The translations under genes and the position numbers were made by a program. Source: Ophelia neglecta (taxonomy: Eukaryota). Taken from it: 64,000 nt of DNA. A model generated the notes under the pieces. The model ran no database searches and had not been told where the DNA came from. It saw only the letters and a list, made by a program, of their open reading frames with translations. Where the stretch lies: contig OZ260664.1 of assembly GCA_965285935.1 (NCBI GenBank), forward strand, positions 40,858,001 through 40,922,000, written 5' to 3'. Shown one piece after another: positions 31,401 to 42,383 of this stretch (positions are counted from its first letter, which is position 1; each line of letters starts with the position of its first letter).

Positions 31401-33934
31401 CGAGGCAGAACGGAAAGTGCCATATGTATGGCGCAAACCTAAGCCAGATCGTGATTGTGACAGGTGTGTCTTTGATAATACCTTATTGTAGGACTAGGCC
31501 TCTATCCTAAGCCTAAATAGGCCCAACACCTATAGGTCTATAAGCATTATATGCACCATATCGGCGTTTTGTAGCATGTTTTGCTTAAATAGCCCTCTCC
31601 CAAGCATCTTACCTGTTCAAATAGAACAAGGGGATAATCCTGGTAGACTTTGAAGGTGAGTTGTACGGTGATGAGTAGGCCGGCGGGCTGGTAGTACAGT
31701 ACCTGAGCCTGCCATATGCCCAGGACATCCTGTCCTGTCTCATTACCCATCTTCGTCAGCTTCAAACTGCCGTCTGCTGTTGTGAACCGCTTGTTGGAAA
31801 CGGTGATGAAGGAAGGTGAATTCTCGAGCCATGTCTGCCCGTCCACTGTCACCTGGTACCCGCCCTTGGAATCAGTCACTAGGCGCAATCCCTCACCCGT
31901 ACCAGCACGCGATACTTAAAAAGAAGGCAGAACTTAAGTAGTGCATGAGCTAGGATATACACTCTATTGGATATCCATATCGTATAGGTCTAAATGTCTC
32001 TGCAAAAGCGGCTACTGCAGCTGTGCGACTAAAATAAAAGCGTACATACTTGCCACTAAAGACGTCAAATTAAATTGTGCGATTGTTGGGAAAATAAACT
32101 TTGTACGTTTTATAAATTATATCAACTAATCCTATTCATTTTCAAATTCTTTAAAGTGTGCCTCCCCTTACTCATATAATAAAAAGGTATAGCTGGTTTG
32201 CATATTTGACCATTAATTATAAGATATAGGTAATACACCTAGATTCTATATAAGTGGGGATAAAATGCTATACTTATATACAGTATGCCTAATTTGTTTT
32301 GTTTTATATTTTGTTCTAGAAACAATATTTATTATATTAATTGATACGCGGGCCACTTTCCTATACTATTAATTGGTATAGGCCTTAATATATAGACACA
32401 GCCTCAAGGCCAGAGATGTGACCACAGGTTATCCTAAGTCTGCAACATACACACAGTGTACCAAGAGAAAACTATATTAACATCTTATGACTTAATCGAT
32501 GCAAAATCAATAATAATTGGCAGATTGATTTATGAGATTAGGTCGTTATCTGAATGTCCTTAGCTGGGGCCCGCCCCCGGAGTCCGCCCATCAGATGTAG
32601 GGCCAAGTAGGCCCTTATTAGATCTAGTGCATATCACTCTTGTTTTTACTACATAAATGCAATTCTTTGGCTGTCCCCATTACTTTTACCAGTTTCTTAT
32701 GTGTACATCCAGACTATTAAATGTATGAAAAACTACGTCACTCGGTATCTTCATTTCTATTTGTGCACGAAGTTAAGTAAATGTGCGCGAAGTTCAGACA
32801 ACTAGTACCGGCCTAATACCATTGTCAGTCCCCTACGACATCGTTCGTCTGTCAAAATCACGTTGACTTAATGCCTATAGTTGGCAGCTCAAAAAGTTGT
32901 CATGCAACTTGTTTTTTTTGGTCCCTAGCTTATCCGCTCAATAATTAATATCACCATGTTATCAATAAATTACATTATTAATATAGACCTGGTAGCGACA
33001 CCCTGTCTTAGTTAATGGCCATACCGTAAAGTATCTTGACAGCGAACCCAATGATTGCCAAACGATTTTTTTTCTATTTTCTAGGCATTGGCTCAAGAAT
33101 AGCATATGTATTGTTTATAGGCTAACGTATAACTGTTAGTCATATAGGTTTATCTTAAAAATAAAATATAGCAAAGACTTCAATGCCGCAAGGTCTAGGC
33201 CTATTCTTCCTAAAAACCCGACGAGGGGTTCTGAAGAGCAGTCTCCTTTTTCAAAATCAGAATAATAGTTTTTATATACGGTGACTATGTAGGTGATAGG
33301 CTGATATCTAGAAATCTTCCAAAGTGTACAATTGAATTTCACCTAAAATGCCTAGGCCCAACGGGAGATCCTGGCGGAACATAGGCCTAGATCTAGCCCA
33401 TAGATAGGCCTACAAATATAGATCTACCTCCAAGCAGGGTTGTCAAGTTTTTGCCGTGGCATTGTGGGGGATTTGCCATTTTTATACATATCAGATGTCG
33501 GTTATAATGAAAGGTTAGCCTTTCGGGAGCACCTTAACCCGCGAATGCCGGCTGACAATGGTCCACCTTACGGCTATCGCTGTATTCACTTAACCGTGTC
33601 GGACGTATTGTGCACAGAGGCAAATTATCAAAATAAAGCACGGAGGCACATTGTCGAAAATGATACACTCCGTTTTTGAACAATGGAAATAAATGAATCA
33701 AAGCGTGATTGGGAATCACGCATCGAGAACAGCACATATGTGTAGCTCATCCGGTTAGATATGCAGGTAGATTTCCTGTTGCAGCCGTTATAGGCTGACA
33801 GCCCGGGTGAACTAATCAGGAAGTGAACGTGTTTCACTGGAAGTTAGGCTTCAATTGTCGTCCTTACCTGTCAACCCAGAATTTACTGCTAGACAAAAAG
33901 CGAAAAGTGTCAGTCGTCTGCAAGCAACCTCCAT
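24731..33934 (-). CDS. Uncharacterised secreted/lumenal protein, 767 aa, 17 exons; putative clan GH-D-like glycoside hydrolase
   Basis: Exons on the - strand: 33934-33868, 31914-31613, 30826-30669, 30290-30041, 29944-29839, 29530-29434, 29118-29023, 28729-28679, 28541-28451, 28144-28085, 27845-27669, 27398-27257, 26938-26827, 26706-26634, 26022-25882, 25265-25123, 24968-24731; all GT-AG, phases match, 2304 nt. Signal-peptide-like start MEVACRRLTLFAFCLAVNSGLT in CAAAATGG context. Motifs YWTDNGAYYY, YVQYDSWWY, DVFPHGM, HNRWW, YEQDWL, IQYCM, ARVSEDY, LSTGPVGPSD, CNADGLILKP; several N-glycosylation sequons. The gene model is high confidence; the function is inferred. Confidence 0.9.
25442..25866. 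mobile_element. GC/CpG-rich intronic insertion with imperfect inverted ends (probable MITE)
   Basis: CTACATGCAATCTGCGCTGT at the left versus ACAGCGCAGAATACAGGTTGTAG at the right; composition contrasts with the AT-rich intron. Confidence 0.4.
28378..28437. repeat. (CA)n(TA)n compound microsatellite
   Basis: Directly visible; about 13 nt from the donor site at 28450. Confidence 0.95.
29670..29742 (-). mobile_element. tRNA-derived SINE head remnant
   Basis: - strand reads TGGTAGCGCAGTAG (A-box-like) ... GTGAGTTCGAGTCCCAGCC (B box GTTCGAGTCC); no intact cloverleaf. Confidence 0.45.
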
Positions 33935-35618
33935 TTTGTTTGCATGTGATCAGCCAAATGCTTGCCACAGGGTACAGTGAGTGTGTGTATCTAATCATAG
34001 CTGAAGCCTTCATAGATCACATGACTCGCATTGACCTACCGTCCACATAGCGTGCAATGTAGGGGAAAGCGGGTCAAAATGGAATGCGGGTTACAGGACG
34101 GGACAACTTGATATTTGTTCGAGTGCTTTAAAATTTACCATAACTTAAATTGTCTTAAAACAATTCAAACTTTGAGGTTCAGATGGTCTTCTATATATTT
34201 GTCAATAAATAGTTGCCCAACCACGCCAGTTCTCCTGGACTACAACGATCTGTACAGGTTAATATCTGCTCTCATATACCTTCAGCTGGGTGGCAAAATA
34301 AAACCATTAGAACAGATTAACATATACATGTATAAACATCTTGGCTGGTGGCCATTAGATCATCCCCTAGAGACCACTATATTTGGCACGTATTTACCTA
34401 TGAATGTGCTGCTTGGGAGCAGCGAAATATGCGGTTGGTTGTTCCTAGATCGACCAGGCATTGACAAATAAGAAGAGATAGGGGTTCTATATGTTTTTTT
34501 TGTTGATATTTTTTTTAGTTGCAGAATAACAAGTAGATCCAAATGTATATAATGCTCGTCTAGACATAATAAAGTTATAGACTTAGATCAATAAATCAAC
34601 TATGTAGGTACACAAGACTATATGGGCCTAGGGAAAGTATATTTTCAGGTCTTTCTAAAAAAATGCGCTAAATGGTAGCTTATGAGTGTATAAATCATGC
34701 TACTGCCATGACGACGGTTGCCATGGAAACCACACTCCAGCTTAGACTGGTTACTGACCTGTTGGAATTGTCATAAAAATACATGAATTACTTCAGCGAA
34801 TGCCCAAATGTATAAGAAAGTTGACTAAGGTCAAGTTGATATGATCCCTCAATAGTTGCGATAGTCATTATGTACTAGTAACATAGTTGCCATGGTTATC
34901 ACGGACAGTAGCAAACCCATAGAACGGGGTGTTGCATAATAATAAAATGTTCGTACTTGGTGGGCAAACCGAATTGCTATGCATCTACATCAACAAACGA
35001 TGTAAATTACTACAGACGATTTGCCTTAAATACGGAGGACAGTTCCTGGGAATATGGCCATCTTCATATATATATATCATACTTGGGCCATCACCAATCA
35101 CCACCCCACCCCCCTCCCTCCCCCTTCCCATCACTGCAGGCCACACTTTCCGTCTATCATGCATCAATTAAAGGGGCCTTTAGCCATTGTTAACCCCAGA
35201 GCCTTATTTTAATGACACTGAACAATATTTTCATCAAAAAAAATAACTAAGTAACAGGGATACCCAAATTAGCTAAGTCTGCCTACAGGTTGCAGGAAAC
35301 TAAATAACTATCCCACATATTTAATGCTTTCGACGTCAGTTTTCGTATTTTCACAACCATTATCTGCATATAGCTACTAGTTCTGTCTAGGGACCTATCT
35401 ATTAGGGAATAATATCAAAAATTCAGCATAGCAAATGTACAAAAAATTGCTAGTGGCCATTTTACTTGTTTTGTCACATGATGGAGCCTTAAGCCTCAGT
35501 CACACCGGATCGTACGATCTCTGAATCGTGCGATTGTTGGCGATTTGGTGGAGGTACGACCAAACGCCAATGTTTGGTACGATCTCCATTTGCAGTCGCA
35601 TGCTGCGATTGCTCTTAA

Positions 35619-36960
35619 AGCCCCGGTCCCGCTAGGACATGCGATCGCCTGCGACCACTCCAGTCGTACGACTTCCTAGTAGGGCCGGTCGTGGGCAGTC
35701 GTAGATATTTCCTGCGATTGGAGCCTAGCGGTCCCATTGCAAGACCAGTCGTACGACTTGTAGAGAACTTGTCGCCGACTGATCGCACGACTGATCGCAC
35801 GACTGATCGCACGACTGATCGCACGACTGATCGCACGACTGATCGCACGACTGATCGCACGACTGATCGCACGACTGATCGCACGACTGATCGCACGACT
35901 GATCGCACGACTGATCGCACGACTGATCGCACGACTGATCGCACGACTGATCGCACGACTGATCGCACGACTGATCGCACGACTGATCGCACGACTGATC
36001 GCACGACTGATCGCACGACTGATCGCACGACTGATCGCACGACTGATCGCACGACTGATCGCACGACTACCTATGATTACGTACAACTGGTCATGTGCAG
36101 TCGCACGACTGGTTACGACCTATCGTGCGACAGGTGCCGGCTGGCTGTGACTTGTCGTGCGACTGGTAATGACTAGCTGCGACTGGTCGTGCGACTGGTG
36201 GTACAAATATTAATACAGGGCACGCAGATCCGGAACTTCATTATTCGCCAACGACCAACACGCAGAAGATGGCCCGGCTGAAGTCGAGAGTCCCTCCTCT
36301 CTCGCCTGTGTCTATGTAACGCGACCAGGGCTGCCACATCTACTTGCTGTTGCTGATGTAATCGCAACCTCATTCTGAGGAGTAACTGCCGCCTTCTAGG
36401 TGGTATAATAGGCATGGTGATGATGATCTTCGATCTTCAAACCTTCCTGGAGCCGCTCGAGGTGAATTGTGAGAGGCCAGCACCAGCCCTATATATACCC
36501 AAGCTGTCTGGTCGTAGGCAGTGGCACGACCGTCGCAGGACAACACACGACTAGTCGTACGACTTGTCGGGGAGGCACACGACTAGTCGTGCAACTAATC
36601 TTGCGATCATGTCTACACGCATAGTCGTGCGATAGTCGCAGGAAAGAACAATCCTGCGATCAGTCACGACAATGAAGGACAACACAAGACTTGTCCCAGG
36701 ACAATCGCACGACCATCGCACGATAAATGAAGACTAGGCTGCGACAAGATACGACTACTTCAGTCGCAGCCAGGTTTTCGAACATGATCAAAAACCTCTC
36801 TGCGACTGATTTCGGTCATAGGAATATCCACGACTACCCACGACTACCCACGATCATCCAAGACTTGTGGCACGACTTTTCTAAGATCGCCTGCGATTTG
36901 CAGTCGGAGACTGCTCGTAACCTGTCGTAAGTTGTCGTATCTCCTAGTGGGACCGGGGCT
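35619..36960. mobile_element. PIF/Harbinger-type non-autonomous transposon, 1342 bp
   Basis: TIR AGCCCCGGTCCCGCTAGGA (35619) / TCCTAGTGGGACCGGGGCT (ends 36960); TAA target-site duplication at 35616-35618 and 36961-36963; many subterminal ACGACT/AGTCGT motifs. Confidence 0.88.
35777..36068. repeat. Perfect 12-bp minisatellite (GACTGATCGCAC)x24
   Basis: 35777-36064 is 288 bp, i.e. 24 identical units, plus a partial GACT. Confidence 0.98.
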
Positions 36961-38008
36961 TAAGACTAGTCGTAGTTCATACTGCGATTGGTGGTACGCG
37001 TGGTCTTGCGACCACCGACGATTACAGAAGACCAATCGCAAGATCGATCGTATAATAACTTGCGAAGATGGGCGACTGATCGTGCGATTAATCGCGGGAA
37101 CGTGCGACCAATCGTACGATCAATCGTGGCGACTTACGACCGATCGTACCATCAATCGTGGCTACCTAACCGCTCGCACGATCAATCGCAGCTAGTCGTG
37201 CGATAGCTCGTGCGATTGACCTCATGGATATAAAAAGGCTCGAGATTGTGCATCTGTATCAGTTGTCATCAATATCTCAAGACGTCATCATCTGTCTCTT
37301 AACTTCCTCAAATTAAAAGGAAGGCAAAATGCTAAGAATTAAAATAAACACACCAATGGATAGAGCAGATTAAGCTCTATCTAAAACAGTACATTTTTAA
37401 AATCACCCAATTATGAAATTCAACATCCAGTAGGGGTTCGGTATACCCTTAAACGAACTCCCCTAATTGAAACATGATAACGAGTTTTCTTAGTATACAT
37501 GTAGAAATCACAGATGTTAAGTGCTGGTGAATTTTAGTAGAGTGCTGCATTTGATCCATGCAACGTAAATTTCAAGTCTCTGGCTGCTCCTGTTCTTTTA
37601 CCGTTTGGGCCTATAAATTTTATGCATGAAGACATTTTTTCTAATGTAAGAAAGCAATTTCGTTCGCACGGCTTTGTTGCTATATTTAGCGATGCTGAGG
37701 TTGCAATTCAGTTTACCTTCATATTTCTCAACCTGCGAAACATGATGCTTAAATTTCTCCGAGAGATTTGGTGTCTGTCAATTAAATGTGAATAATAATT
37801 ACCTCTTAATCATTTAGATCCGAAGATATGAATTTTACAATATCAAAAGTTAATGTTTATACATCACGTACAATGTAGGTATACACCGAGGGACTGTAAT
37901 TATAACATGGGTAAGCGCGTAAATTTGGTGAACCCACGATTGAAGCAAACCGTCAGTTTGAAGAAAAACCTTTAATAAACATTAGACGAATATAGTTAAC
38001 ATATTTTA

Positions 38009-39255
38009 TTGTCTTGCTTAAAAAAGTTGATAAAAACTTTGAGGGTAACTATAGACCTGTATCAATATTGCCCATATTGTCAAAACTCCATTGTGTACAA
38101 TCAGTTAAGTGAATACCTCTCGATAAATGTATTATTGTATCAAAATCAGTCTGGTTTAAGGAGAGGTTTCTCGACTGACACTGCCTTCACCTCACTGTGT
38201 GATATGGTCAAATTGATTACGGATATGGGTATGATGACAGGCATGGTCCTTTTAGATTTAGGCATTTGATACGGTGAAACACAAAATCCTTCTATCTAAA
38301 TTATCTGCAATGAGAGTCGCCGAGGATTGTGTTAAATGGTTCAAGTCTTATCTTCATAATAGGTTTCAGTGCGTCGATGTGAATGGGGTGCGCTCTGACC
38401 CATTTAAGGTCTCATTTGGAGTCCCTCATGGGTCCATAGTGGGTTCCCTTTAATTTTTTTGTAAACATCAATGACACGAATGCTTCAATAAATTGTGAGT
38501 TATTTCTCTATGCTGATGATTCAGCTATTGTAGTTGCTGGTAAGATTGTGAGTGAAATTGATTCCTCACTTAGTATAAACTTAGCTTCCATGAGACAATG
38601 GCTTTTGCCAACAAACCTTCTTTGCATTTGGGTAAGACTGAGAGTATTCTATTCTATAGTAAACGTAAGGCTCCTAACGTCGCATCTTTGAGCATTTAAT
38701 GTGATGGAATCCCCATAAACTGTAAAACAACGGTTCGGTATTTGGGAGGTACCCTGGAACAAACTATGAGTGGTGAAGTGATGGGGAAACTGGTAGTTGA
38801 AAAGGTATACTCCAAAATAAAATTCTTGTATAGGAACTCCAGGTTTATTCCATCTGGCGTTCGAAAATTATTGTGCATGTCACTTGTACAGTCACATTTT
38901 TACTATGGTGCTAAATTTTGGTATTTTGGTTTGACGAAGTACACTTAAGATAGATTGCAGTGTGCTCAGAACAAAATTGTTAGATTCATTTTAAACCTTG
39001 TAGGGCACATGTTTGTTATGCTCTTTTTAAGTATCTATCTATTTTGCCTGTATCTCTTAGAAATCAGTATATGACAAGTGTTCTGATGTATAACTGTATA
39101 AATAATGTGGCTCCGCAATATATGAATAATTTTGTGAGAGTTAGAGATGTTCATAACCATTGAATTAGAGGTAGTCTGTTCAATGTGGTATTGCCTAAGG
39201 CTCAAGGTAAAGTTGGAAAAGGTTCCTTTATGGATCAGCGCTATGACTTGGAACA
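38009..39255 (+). mobile_element. Decayed non-LTR retrotransposon (CR1/L2-group) reverse transcriptase fragment
   Basis: Frameshifted motifs NYRPVSILPILSK, NQSGLRRGFSTDTA, GMVLLDL, WFKSYL.NRFQCV, GVPHGSIVG, LFLYADDSA (YADD at 38509-38520), GKTESILF and RYLG, with stops and frameshifts. Confidence 0.92.
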
Positions 39256-39390
39256 AGATATTATCTTTAGGGAACCAGATATTATCTTAAGGGAACGAGA
39301 TACCTATCTTGAGGGAACGAGATACTTTTCTTGAAGGAACGAGATATTATCTTGAGAGAACGAGATATTATCTTGAGGGAACGAGATAAA
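39250..39390. repeat. About 21-bp minisatellite (GAGGGAACGAGATATTATCTT), 6-7 copies
   Basis: Directly visible degenerate tandem units abutting the end of the LINE fragment. Confidence 0.85.
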
Positions 39391-42383
39391 AAATAAAATC
39401 TAGGTGGCCTATCCAGCCATCGTAATTTTCTGACCTTCGAAACATTTTTGAAAATCGCACTTTTGGCCCCTCCTTTTGACCAGTTCGGTGAGATTGATTG
39501 CCAGATGGACAATCCTACAGCAGGAGAAAGCTATACGAAGAGACCATGGCGCATATCTTCAAAAAACAATGAACCCAAATTTGGCAGAATTCTCAAAGAG
39601 GAATATTGCGGAAAAATTAAATTTATTCAAATGGTGCAAATTGGCAAATATCAAATCTTTCATCCACTGGCCTTTTTGTTCCACCACTGCAGTTTTTTCT
39701 CAGAGAAAGCTTGTTCCCAACATTTTATGTAATGAAAAGTTGAACCCAGGTCTTATTGGGCTAACAATATTTTGGGTCAAAAGCATTTCTTCCATAAAGC
39801 TGCTGTGCAACTGGCACATATACAGGCTTCTACGCCTGCTTTAACATTCTCTAATTAAATTTGATAACAGACTATTATCAACGCATTTAAAAAGACTACC
39901 AAATTCCAAATGCTTATTGTATGATGCATGGTGCACCTTGTACATGTTCTTAGACTTTTTGGGCTATAGACATTCGTTTTCCCCCAGGAAGGCTTACATG
40001 GAGTCTCCTCTGTTTATTTTAGTTTCTTTAGAATGTACATAGCAGATCTTGATGCGCTAGCATTTTTATACTACTCTTCCTAGATGTTAGTGCGGCAGCT
40101 AGGTGATAGCAGCATCAGGGGGACAGCCTGAATTCCGCACTGTTGGGTTATTATAAATTGTTATATAACAGCGAAGATTTAAGCCATTTAAACTTTGCTT
40201 TTCACCTTTACGCTAGAATTTTTTTTGAGCAAGTGCAATAAGGGCAAGACAAAGTTTAACGTAATATGGCATCCGTTTTTATAGCTCTACTCTAATAAAA
40301 GCGGCAATTAATTAAGACACTTAAATCCTTTAGTATTAAACAAAACCTCCCATTGTCAATTATGGGCTTGTTTTTTGGAAAATACAATTTTCTGCACGTT
40401 TCATTGTGCTTTTTCAAAGCGCAATTTATTGGAAATTATATTCATGGAATCCAATGGGAATCTTCAATTTGACCTTGGAATTGGAATTTTACTAGTTTTT
40501 CACAACTTTGTGATGGCTAACGGTGTAAGAAAAACATTTTGAACACTTATGTATAGCATACTTGGGGTATATTAATTATTCTTATTCATTTCAACATACA
40601 TTTACAAGGTAACCCTTTCAGGTATACCAGTTCTACCAAGGGGCCCAGGATTTCATAAGTACGAAGAGATCCATGAATATATACAATTAAAAACAATTAG
40701 CATAAATAAACATTATAACATCCATTGGTGTCCCTTGATCTTGACCTAAACCATATTTTAAGCTAAGTCTTGTGAGAAAATTAATTTCAGAATGTCTGTA
40801 TTTGTTTAAATAACAGTTTAATATAAGTATCACAGAAGGTCTGTGAACACACAAGGCATTGCGCAGTACAGTATATGACTTTATTACTTACATTTGATAC
40901 GGACTGACAGAATGACTATAAATCGGGTGGTTCATATTGTATTGTGACATAGGCATGGCAGACATGTTGTAGGTAGCTTGACTGTAGGTTTTAAATATAA
41001 CAATGCGGCTCGCATGATCTCAAGATCACTTTTTTGTTGTTTTGTTCCAGCCCAAGTGACTACACTGAAAACTTCGTGTCTGTTGATACATAGACAAACA
41101 ACCCAAGTGACAATGTGCGATGTGTTGGGCGTCAAAATGTCAAACCACTAAGATCCCTCTGGCACTACCACTAAGTATATGCTTAAGCAATCTGTTTTTG
41201 TTTTCAGAATGCAGTGCCGACTAAGTGAACGATATTTTTGTTATATTTACTACGGCGAAAGAAAGACACATGACAGTATATTAAGGTTTTCAAAGCATAA
41301 GCCCGTTTGAAAACGAGCAAACCCTTCACTTGAGCTGCAACATAAATTTTGCCCAATTTGTGCTGTCGGCCATGAGAAATCATGATATGGGAAGTTTGTA
41401 AGACAGTGAAAACATCCTACAGTAAAAAATCCTACTTTATGTATGTTTTTGCTTACAACAGTGTATTAGTGTGACTGTGAGAGGGGATATTACGACAGGA
41501 AACCTCAACATGCTCAGCACACATGTTCATAGTGCATCATCGGATGCTGGTAACACTCGTTACCGTTATTTAAAAGGGCCGTCGCGCAAATTCTTCTCGG
41601 AAATGCAATCTGTGTTCAGGTGTTTATGGCCAGCCATGGTCGTGGTAACTTTAGGCAAAGCATGAGCAGGGTAAACCTGCTTTAAACTCACTTGTTTCAC
41701 AAGAAAAATTAAACCGTGTTACCAGCAGCCGATGAAGCACTGTGATTTTTTAATATTTTGAATATGTAAGTCCTGACAGTTTCAATGGTCACAAAGGACT
41801 GAAGCTGAAATCAGTAGTCTTCAGCAACTTAAATCTATTCAAGGCCCATATTCCTTCTGAAATAATTTAAGCTACGCGAGATCCAATTTATAAAAGAAAA
41901 TGAATAAATTAATCAGAAAAAGTGGTGTATAGAGCGCACAAAAAATGGCGCTTATATAGTGCACGAATTTTTTCCCTTATTGGTTTTATTTTTGCATTAA
42001 TGCACACAGAAATGTGCAAGTTATAGGCGAGACAGATAATGCTCTAAGCCTGTTAGGGTCTGGCTGTCCTCAAGCATTATCCGACTGAAAGCAGCCATTT
42101 TCAGGATTTCTCTAGTTATTTTTTGGACGGTCCTTAAAGCACAACATAACGACATTTGGTATGTATCTACCAAGCAGCCCAAATAAGTCCCCACTCGCAA
42201 GTGACCCCTTTGCACACAGTCGTTGTCTTCACAAAGAAATCAGTGAAGCACTGTTGTTTCGAATATATGGTTGTTTCAGACATAGTGTATGAAGTATAAA
42301 GCTTCGGTTATATCATCCTATATATCGTAGGTATTAAAACAGGATATTAATTAACCTAAAAGTATTGAGATACCGAATCAGAA

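Larger units (their letters stand above)
35492..37220. mobile_element. Outer, truncated Harbinger-like non-autonomous element interrupted by a related element
   Basis: Starts TTA|AGCCTCAGTCACACC. Sequence rich in ACGAT/TGCGAT motifs continues on both sides of the inner element (35492-35618 and 36961-37220). No matching right TIR seen. Confidence 0.55.

Noticed and set aside
33025-33088. Alternative first exon for the glycosidase-like gene (KKNRLAIIGFAVKILY)
   Set aside because: In-frame TAG directly after the only nearby ATG; the exon at 33934-33868 has a better start context, signal peptide and GTAAG donor.
35777-36068. CRISPR-like array
   Set aside because: Contiguous identical 12-mers with no spacers, no cas genes and a eukaryotic context.
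35615-36176. Long ORFs with (RSVV)n, (SRAI)n and (TTDR)n repeats
   Set aside because: They are translations of the 12-bp tandem array inside a transposon, which lacks stops in five of six frames.
41570-42211. Possible Kolobok-like element (TTAA-AGGGCC...GACCCCTTT)
   Set aside because: Terminal match is too short and there is no right-hand TTAA.
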